From an uncultured delta proteobacterium (GTDB lineage: Bacteria > Myxococcota > Myxococcia > Myxococcales > Anaeromyxobacteraceae): DNA of 64,000 bases. Below are positions 37,054 through 43,746 of the stretch, one piece after another (position 1 is the stretch's first letter; every line of letters begins with the position of its first letter). The DNA lies in contig CAWBAO010000001.1 in NCBI GenBank assembly GCA_963786945.1, positions 65,976 to 129,975 of the forward strand. The letters run 5' to 3'. A model generated the notes under the pieces. It worked only from the letters and a program-made list of their open reading frames with translations. It was not told where the DNA came from and did no database searches. The translations under genes and the position numbers were made by a program.

Positions 37054-37316
37054 GGCTCGGTCCCGGCCGGCAGCCAGCCCTGCTCCCGCATCTGCAGGAG
37101 GTACTCGCGCACGTCGCGGGCCACGTCGGTGCCCGGCTCCACCTCGAAGGCCGCTCGCAGGGCGGCCTCGACGGCCTCGGGGGAGTCGCCGCGCCGCAGC
37201 GCCTCGAGGATGAACCGGCCGGTCTCGTTCAGGCTGTAGGTCTGTCCGCCGTACGGGTCGAAGACGAAGCCGCTCTCGCTCACGGCCAGGTCCCGAAGTC
37301 TGTGCCTCGCGTCCAT
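37050..37316 (-). CDS. PqqD-family protein (RiPP-recognition-element-like peptide chaperone)
   Basis: It is 88 aa. The pattern GFVFDPYGGQTYSLNETGRFILEALRRGDSPEAV...DVREYLLQMREQG matches the PqqD winged-helix profile as I remember it. The ATG follows GAGGGAG. Confidence 0.75.
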   Translation of the reverse strand: MDARHRLRDLAVSESGFVFDPYGGQTYSLNETGRFILEALRRGDSPEAVEAALRAAFEVEPGTDVARDVREYLLQMREQGWLPAGTEP

Positions 37317-37486
37317 GGTGGACTCCCTCGCAGATCATCTGAACCCGCCGGAGCCCACATGGTTCCACAGCGCGCCTGCGGCATCGGGTCGCACGGCGCA
37401 AGCCGCCAGGGAGCGCGGACGCTGGTGCAGCGCGCGATCGAGGACGAGGCGGGCGATCCCGGCGCGAGCGCGCCGAGGAGCACCGG

Positions 37487-37963
37487 TCAGATGGTCACGG
37501 TCTGCGCCGGCGGGAACAGCGGCAGCGGCGGCGGCGCCCCGAGCGGCGGATGGCCGGGCGGCAGGCGCGGCAACGCGCGGACTGGCGGGTGGCCCGGGGG
37601 AAGGCGCAGCGCGGCCCCGACGGGCGGGTGGCCCGGCGGGAGGTCCGGCTCGATCGCGATGGGCGGGTGGCCGGGCGGGAGGCCTGGAACGGCCGCGACG
37701 GGCGGGTGGCCGGGCGGGAGCCCCCTCATGGCCCCGATGGGCGGGTGGCCGGGCGGGAGGCACCCGGCGCCGTCGAGGGTCGGGGCGGCGTCGGAGCTCG
37801 CCGCGACTCCCATTCCGGCCAGGCAGGCGGCGACGATCAAGGCCCGAGCGCCGGCGCGCCGGTTCAGCCACGGCCGCCGTTCCGTGAGGCCACCGCCCGG
37901 TCCTGCTGCCGTCGCCAGCGCCAGACCGTCCACCCGCCCTCGACCACTCGCCGTCGTCGCCAT
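37487..37963 (-). CDS. exported His/Pro repeat protein (6 x LPPGHPP), candidate substrate/precursor of the downstream operon
   Basis: The ATG at 37963 lies 6 nt after GAGGAGG. It has a Tat-like TERRPWLN motif, then the hydrophobic ALIVAACLAGMGVAA and SSDA-A. Six exact LPPGHPP heptads follow. All nucleotide differences between the heptads are at third positions of this frame. Confidence 0.7.
   Translation of the reverse strand: MATTASGRGRVDGLALATAAGPGGGLTERRPWLNRRAGARALIVAACLAGMGVAASSDAAPTLDGAGCLPPGHPPIGAMRGLPPGHPPVAAVPGLPPGHPPIAIEPDLPPGHPPVGAALRLPPGHPPVRALPRLPPGHPPLGAPPPLPLFPPAQTVTI
37544..37759 (-). repeat. six-unit 39-nt (13-aa) tandem coding repeat, invariant LPPGHPP plus variable hexapeptide
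   Basis: The plus strand shows GGGCGGGTGGCCGGGCGGGAG-type 21-mers every 39 nt. The variable spacers are IGAMRG, VAAVPG, IAIEPD, VGAALR, VRALPR and LGAPPP. Confidence 0.95.
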
Positions 37964-38109
37964 GGCTCGCCTCCTCGGGACTGCGCCTGCACCCGCCCAC
38001 CAGCCGAGACCGGATCGCGTCAGTCCGCGCCTCCGCTCTCATGCCGTCGGACGGGCGCCGCCACCACCTGATCGGCGTGGCCGGCCCACGTCCCTGAAGG
38101 GGGTAGGGG

Positions 38110-39678
38110 TCAGGGCGCCGTGGTGAACGGCCAGCCGTCGCTCTGGGCGATCCGGTAGGCCGGCGCCGTCGCGTAGAACCCCCCCGGACCGGCGGCCTCC
38201 TCCACCGTCGAGAAGGCGGAGCTGCCGCGAATCCGCCAGGTGAAGAGGGTGCTCGGGGGGAGCGGGAAGGCCGCCGGGATGGTCAGCGACTGGGCCGCGG
38301 TGAGGACGTCATAGCCCGGCGTCCCGACCGGCCCACGGAACGAGGCCACGTAGACGGACGGATCGGGCATCGAGTGCCACCTGAACGTCGTCCCGGGCGC
38401 GACCCCCGTCGCCCCGGCGGCCGGCTGGTCCTGGGTGGGGAGGCCCCCGAAGACGATCGCCACCCCCGCCGCGTCGGGGGCGAGGCCGTGCCGGTGCACC
38501 TCCTGGTAGGCCATCCCCGCGTAGTCCTGCCGGGCCACGAGGTCGATGGTGCTGCCGAGGACGGCGGGCGTGGGGATGCTGAACGGCGAGGTGAAGCCGT
38601 TGGAGGGGAAGGAGGACGGATCGCCCGGCGGCGGGAGGACCCGGATCCGCGCGCCGTCCTGGAAGACGGCGAACACGCTGATCCCCACCGTGTTGTAGGG
38701 CGGGTTCACGATGGTCCCACCGATCGACTTGGCGGCGACCACGCCGAGCGCGAGGTCCTGCCCGGAGAGCGCCGCGCCGTCCACCAGCGTCACGCCGGCG
38801 CGGAAGCCGTAGCCGTCGTAGCCCACCGGCCGCTTGCCGGCGTCGACCGTCCACTGGAGCGCGTGGAGCTGGCCCGCCACCGACGAGGGGCCGGCCCACC
38901 GGGTCCCGAGCAGGAAGGTGGAGGCGCCGGCCTGGACCGGGCAGGTTCCGGTCGCCTCGGCGGACTTGAAGGTGACGCCCGCCTCGCGCCCGGCGGGCTG
39001 GGGGAAGCCGGCGCCGCCGGAGAGCGCGCCGGTCACGTCGACGCTGCGCGGGTAGCCCGGATCGGCGTCCAGGAAGAGGACCAGCGTCGGGTCCATCCTC
39101 CGCAGGCCCGGGTAGGCGCTGGTGAGCAGCCCGTCGGGCGCGGTGGCGGTGATGTCATAGGGCACCGTCACGCCGGGGAGCGAGAAGGCCCCCTGGGCGT
39201 CGGTGGTGGCACTGGCGGATCCCACCCGCACCGAGGCTCCCGCGACCGGGGCGCCGCCCGGGGCGATCACCTTCCCGGCCAGGACCTGGACGGCCGGATC
39301 GATGGTGATGGTCGCCGAGGCCGTCAGGCCTCCCACCGTGGCGGTCAGGGTCGCCGTGGTCATCGTGGCGACGGTGGCCGGCGGCGTGTAGAGCACCGGG
39401 ACGCCCTGGGTCCGGTCGAGGCTGCCCGGGCCGACGAGGGTCCAGTTCACCATCTCCGTGCAGTTGCTCGCGCCACCGCCGAAGCTGATGGCCGCCCCGC
39501 CCGCCGTCACCCGCGCCGACGACGGGTAGATGCCGGCCACGGAACCGGCAGGGCACCCTCCCCCGCCGTCGTCGCTGCCGCCTGCCGAGCAGCCCGCCAG
39601 GCATGCGACCAGCAGCAGGGCTCCCTTCGACGCGATCCGGGTCATGGCCGCCACCTTTCGTGCGCGGATCGCCTTCAT
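38110..39678 (-). CDS. lipoprotein of unknown function with carboxypeptidase-regulatory-like beta-sandwich segment
   Basis: It has a lipobox (LLLVACLAGC) and a segment GKVIAPGGAPVAGASVRVGSASATTDAQGAFSL. The start is ATG 39678 or ATG 39645. Confidence 0.7.
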   Translation of the reverse strand: MKAIRARKVAAMTRIASKGALLLVACLAGCSAGGSDDGGGGCPAGSVAGIYPSSARVTAGGAAISFGGGASNCTEMVNWTLVGPGSLDRTQGVPVLYTPPATVATMTTATLTATVGGLTASATITIDPAVQVLAGKVIAPGGAPVAGASVRVGSASATTDAQGAFSLPGVTVPYDITATAPDGLLTSAYPGLRRMDPTLVLFLDADPGYPRSVDVTGALSGGAGFPQPAGREAGVTFKSAEATGTCPVQAGASTFLLGTRWAGPSSVAGQLHALQWTVDAGKRPVGYDGYGFRAGVTLVDGAALSGQDLALGVVAAKSIGGTIVNPPYNTVGISVFAVFQDGARIRVLPPPGDPSSFPSNGFTSPFSIPTPAVLGSTIDLVARQDYAGMAYQEVHRHGLAPDAAGVAIVFGGLPTQDQPAAGATGVAPGTTFRWHSMPDPSVYVASFRGPVGTPGYDVLTAAQSLTIPAAFPLPPSTLFTWRIRGSSAFSTVEEAAGPGGFYATAPAYRIAQSDGWPFTTAP

Positions 39679-39926
39679 CCGCTCCCACCGCGGGAAAGCG
39701 TGGCAGCAGTGGCCCGGGGCGGCGACAGGAAGTCAGGGTGCCGCTCCCGCGTGCGACGGATCCGCGACGTCGTGAAGGGCGGGGACGCTCCTTGCCCCCT
39801 GAAAGGCATGCGCTTCGGGTCTCCTCCTGGACCCATCCGAGCCGCTGCGAATTGGGTGACGCCCGGCCTCGCGGGTCGACAGAACTCCCATTCCTCCCGG
39901 TGGCGCCTTCGCAGGTGAGGTGAGGC

Positions 39927-40925
39927 ATGGACAGGGCTCCGCGGACCGACCTGCGACCCCTCGATCCGCGGCCGTCGCGGCTCCTCGGCGACACCTTCCT
40001 CGCCGACGTCCAGGCCGGGCTGGCCCGCCGGCCGCGCGCGCTCCCGTCGAAGTACTTCTACGACGACAGGGGAAGCCGCCTCTTCCAGTGGATCAGCAGG
40101 CTGCCCGACTACTACCTGACGCGGGTCGAGCGGGAGATCCTCGACCGCCACGGAGGGGCCATCGTCGCGCCGCTGTGCGGACGGCCCTGCACCGTCGTCG
40201 ACCTCGGCGCCGGGGACGGGCACAAGACCCTGCGGCTGCTCCGGCGGCTGGCACGGGCCGGGACCGGCGTGGCCTATGCCCCGGTCGACCTCTCCCCGGC
40301 GGCGCTCGAGGAGGCGGCCGGCCGGGTGCGTGCCCGGCTGCCCGGCTTGCCGGTGCGGCCGGTTCGAGCCACCTACGCGAGCGCGCTGCGGCAGCTCGCC
40401 GGCCTGCCGCAGGCCGATCCGAGGCTGGTCCTCTTCCTCGGCTCCAGCATCGGCAACCTCGAGCATGCCGCCGCGCGCTCCACGCTGCTCGAGCTTCGCC
40501 GCGCGCTCCGCCCCGGCGACCACCTGCTGGTCGGCTTCGATCTCGTCAAGCCCTGGTCGCTGCTCCACCGCGCCTACGACGACCCGCCCGGCGTGACGCG
40601 CGCCTTCAACCTCAACCTGCTGGCGCGCATCAACCGGGAGCTCGGCGCCGACTTCGACCTCTCGGCGTTCCGGCACGTCGCCACCTGGGATCCGGTGCGG
40701 CCGGCCATGGAGAGCTGGCTCGAGTCCACCCGGTCCCAGGTCGTCCGGCTCGCCGGCCGCCCCTACCGGTTCGCGCCGGGCGAGCGGATCCACACCGAGA
40801 TCTCCTGCAAGTACTCCGACGCGCAGGTCACGGCGTTCGGCGCCGACGCGGGCTTCACCGAGGCGGGCCGCTTCTCCGACCCGGACCGGTGGTTCGTCGA
40901 CGCGCTCTGGAGGGTCGACCCGTGA
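39927..40925 (+). CDS. egtD: L-histidine N-alpha-methyltransferase (ergothioneine biosynthesis)
   Basis: It has LPSKYFYDDRGS.LF..I..LP.YYLTR.E..IL, DLGAGDG and GSSIGN motifs typical of EgtD. Confidence 0.92.
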   Translation: MDRAPRTDLRPLDPRPSRLLGDTFLADVQAGLARRPRALPSKYFYDDRGSRLFQWISRLPDYYLTRVEREILDRHGGAIVAPLCGRPCTVVDLGAGDGHKTLRLLRRLARAGTGVAYAPVDLSPAALEEAAGRVRARLPGLPVRPVRATYASALRQLAGLPQADPRLVLFLGSSIGNLEHAAARSTLLELRRALRPGDHLLVGFDLVKPWSLLHRAYDDPPGVTRAFNLNLLARINRELGADFDLSAFRHVATWDPVRPAMESWLESTRSQVVRLAGRPYRFAPGERIHTEISCKYSDAQVTAFGADAGFTEAGRFSDPDRWFVDALWRVDP

Positions 40926-40951
40926 GCACCAATCTCGCGCGGCCAGGAAGC

Positions 40952-41329
40952 TCAGGCGTCCTGGTGGATGCAGAGGATGTTGCCCTCCGGATCCCGGAAC
41001 CAGGCCGCCCGCTCCCCGCCCAGGACGCAGACGCCGTCGTGGGTCTTGAGGCCCGGGAGATCGTAGTCCTCGAAGCGGACGCCCCTGGAGCGCAGCGCCT
41101 TCATCTCGGCGGCGATGTCCGGGACCTCGAAGGACAGGGCCGTGTGGTCGGCGCGCGTGGGCGTGGTCCGCTGGTAGAGCGCGAAGGCGTGGCCGTCGGT
41201 CTCGTAGCGGGCCTCGCCGTTGGGCGGGACCCGGGCCTGGGGAAGACCCAGGGTCTGCTCGTAGAAGCTCCGTGCGCGCGCCATGTCCACGACCGGCAGC
41301 ATGGCGATGGCCTTGGCGACCTTCAGCAT
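40952..41329 (-). CDS. VOC/glyoxalase-family protein
   Basis: It is 125 aa with a FY...LG start and a C-terminal F.DPEGN motif. Confidence 0.85.
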   Translation of the reverse strand: MLKVAKAIAMLPVVDMARARSFYEQTLGLPQARVPPNGEARYETDGHAFALYQRTTPTRADHTALSFEVPDIAAEMKALRSRGVRFEDYDLPGLKTHDGVCVLGGERAAWFRDPEGNILCIHQDA

Positions 41330-41477
41330 GTGGGCACCTCCGGTGGCTCGAGTGCGGCCTCACCTACCCGGCTCGAGGGCCCGGCTCAACGCACGGATGG
41401 GGCCGGCCGCACGGGGCGTCAACGTGGCGTGACGGCCCGGACGGGAGCCCCGGCCACCGCCACCGGCGAGGCCGGCC

Positions 41478-42735
41478 ATGGCTGAGCCGGCGCGGGGCCG
41501 GCCCCTGGACGGGCCAGGCGCGCTGGCCGAGCGGCTGGCCCGGGTGCGGGCCCAGACCTCGCGGCTGTGCGCCCCCCTGGCCGTCGAGGACTACGTGGTC
41601 CAGTCGATGCCGGACGCCAGCCCGGCCAAGTGGCACCTGGCCCACACCTCCTGGTTCTTCGAGACCTTCGTGCTCGGGCCGCACCTGCCCGGGTTCCAGC
41701 CGTGGCGGGCCACCTGGGCGCCGCTCTTCAACTCCTACTACGTGGCCGCCGGTCCCCGGCATCCGCGCGCCGAGCGCGGGCTGCTGACGCGCCCCACCGT
41801 CGCCGAGGTGCAGGCCTACCGGGCCTGGGTGGACGAGCGGATGCAGGCGTTCCTGGCATCGCCCGCGGCCGATCGGCCCGAGGTGGCCGCGCTGGTGGAG
41901 CTGGGGCTGCACCACGAGCAGCAGCACCAGGAGCTGCTGCTCACCGACCTCCTGCACGCGTTCTCGATGAACCCGCTCAAGCCGGCCTACCTGGAGGCGA
42001 CGCCGCCGCCCTCGACCGCCGCGCCGCTCCGCTGGCTGGAGCGGCCGGGCGGCCTGGTGCGGATCGGCCGGGAGCAGGCGGGATTCGCCTTCGACAACGA
42101 GCGCCCGGCGCCACCTGGTGCACCTCGAGCCCTTCCGGCTCGCCTCGCGGCCGGTCAGCGCCGGCGAGTTCGCGGAGTTCATCGCCGACGGGGGCTACCG
42201 GCGGCCCGGGCTGTGGCTGTCCGACGGCTTCGCCGCCGCGCAGGCGGGCGGCTGGCAGGCCCCGCTCTACTGGGAGCGCCGCGACGGTGCGTGGCGCCGC
42301 TTCACGCTCCACGGCGACGTCGCGGTCGACCCGGCCGCACCGGTCACGCAGGTGAGCTACTACGAGGCCGATGCCTTCGCCCGCTGGGCCGGGGCGCGCC
42401 TGCCGACCGAGGCCGAGTGGGAGAGCGTGGCCGGGGAGCAGCCGGTGGCCGGCCAGTTCGTGGAGGACGGCGTCCTGGTGGCGGTCGCGGCGGGCGGTGC
42501 GGCCCCCCTCTTCGGCGGCGCCTGGACCTGGACGGGGAGCCCGTACGTCGCCTACCCCGGCTTCACCCCCGCGCCCGGGGCCGTGGGCGAGTACAACGGC
42601 AAGTTCATGGTGAACCAGCTGGTCCTGCGCGGCGGCTCGTGCCTCTCGCCTCGCGACCACCTGCGCGCCACCTACCGCAACTTCTTCCCGCCACACGCCC
42701 GCTGGCAGCTCGCGGGCATCCGGCTGGCCCGCTGA
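41478..42735 (+). pseudogene. egtB: ergothioneine biosynthesis sulfoxide synthase EgtB, interrupted by a single-base frame break near 42108
   Basis: The N-terminal half (frame of 41478) has the DinB-like KWHLAHTSWFFETFVL and runs to ...FAFDNERP. The C-terminal half (frame of 42118) continues RHLVHLEPFRLASRPVS...YNGKFMVNQLVLRGGS...TYRNFF (FGE-sulfatase domain). Skipping one G at ~42108 joins them. Confidence 0.85.
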
Positions 42736-42849
42736 GGCGCACGGTGGGGACGACCCCGCGGGCGAGCCTGCGGCGAGGGTGCTGCACGGACTGACCGTCG
42801 CTGCTGGGCGCTGGACACCCGGCCCCCGCTCGGACAGACTCCGGCTGCC

Positions 42850-43485
42850 ATGGCGCCTGCCACCGAGCCGCGGGTGCGCGCCTCGCACCTCAAGGAGGAC
42901 CTGGAGGCGTTCCGCGTCCTCGGCGCCGCCGGCGAGGCCGGCGCCCGCGCGCGCCTTCGCCCGGAGACCATCCGGGCCATCGAGGAGGCCGCCCGGGTGG
43001 AGTTCCTGCCGGTGGCCGTCAAGGCGGAGCTGGCCGAGGCGGTCTTCGCCGAGGCCGGTGAGCCGGGGGCGCGGCGCTGGGCGCGCGAGGCGCTGCTCCT
43101 CTCCCTGCAGGGGCTCTACCGGCCGCTGGTGGCGGCCATCCTGGCCGTCGCCGACCCGACCCCCACCACCATCCTCAGGCTGAGCTTCCCGCGCGGCTGG
43201 CAGGCCTCCTACCGCGACTGCGGCGAGTTCGCCGTGGAGGAGCCGGCCCCCGGCCAGACCCGCCTGGTGCTGCGCGGCGTGCCCCCGGCCCTGCGCATCC
43301 GCTCCTACCTGGCCGCGCTCTGCGGGACGCTCGAGGCCATCTGGGAGGTCTCGAGCTACACCGGCGAGGTCGAGCTGGAGCGCTGGGGGCCCGCCGTGGA
43401 GGAGGCCGCCTGGCTCATGGGGTGGCGGCGCAAGGAGCGGCCGGCCGCGCCAGGGCCAGGGTCGCCGGGCCGGTCGTCGCCCTGA
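42850..43485 (+). CDS. hypothetical protein, distant paralog of 6954..7559
   Basis: See 6954..7559 for the shared sequence blocks. The low-complexity C-terminal tail makes the true stop uncertain. Confidence 0.55.
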   Translation: MAPATEPRVRASHLKEDLEAFRVLGAAGEAGARARLRPETIRAIEEAARVEFLPVAVKAELAEAVFAEAGEPGARRWAREALLLSLQGLYRPLVAAILAVADPTPTTILRLSFPRGWQASYRDCGEFAVEEPAPGQTRLVLRGVPPALRIRSYLAALCGTLEAIWEVSSYTGEVELERWGPAVEEAAWLMGWRRKERPAAPGPGSPGRSSP

Positions 43486-43666
43486 CCTCCCACGCCGCGG
43501 GGCCGCCAGGCGCCCGCGCCACGTCGTAGGCGAAGCTGCCCGCCAGCGCGGCCCAGGCCAGGAACAGGGCCAGTCCGCCCGCCAGGCCGGTCCGGTGGCC
43601 GCGCCTCGGCTGCACGGCGCGCGCGGCCGGGTTCGTCATCGGGTGCATCAGGATCGCTGCGTTCAT
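43415..43666 (-). CDS. small hypothetical single-TM protein, divergent from the LysR gene
   Basis: The ATG at 43666 lies 6 nt after GGAGG. It has one hydrophobic helix (GLAGGLALFLAWAALAGSFAY). Its 3' end overlaps the convergent gene, so its length is uncertain. Confidence 0.4.
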   Translation of the reverse strand: MNAAILMHPMTNPAARAVQPRRGHRTGLAGGLALFLAWAALAGSFAYDVARAPGGPAAWEVRATTGPATLALARPAAPCAATP

Positions 43667-43746
43667 GGTGACCTCCGTGCCGGCCGCCGCGGGACCCCTC
43701 TGGTCTCCTGCCGGGTGCGGCGGCTCCGGCTAGGACAGGTGTAGCC

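Noticed and set aside
37544-37759. A regular 39-nt repeat array that could superficially be mistaken for a mini-CRISPR.
   Set aside because: The repeated part is about 21 nt and the 'spacers' are 18 nt. Everything is in frame inside an ORF with a strong SD, and there are no cas genes. It is a coding tandem repeat.
37964-38109. A possible sigma-54 promoter (TGGTGGGCGGGTGCA on the minus strand) upstream of the repeat-protein gene.
   Set aside because: The GG-to-GC spacing is one base short of the -24/-12 consensus and the TTGC element is missing. There is no enhancer-binding protein gene nearby in the window.
37302-38126. Plus-strand ORFs reading the repeat as GGWPGGR units (37302..38126, 37315..37887, 37550..38071), and the minus-strand ORF 37335..38042.
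   Set aside because: They have no SD or plausible start and are antisense or out of frame to the operon. The nucleotide differences between repeat copies fall on third codon positions only in the 37487..37963 minus frame, which identifies that frame as the selected one.
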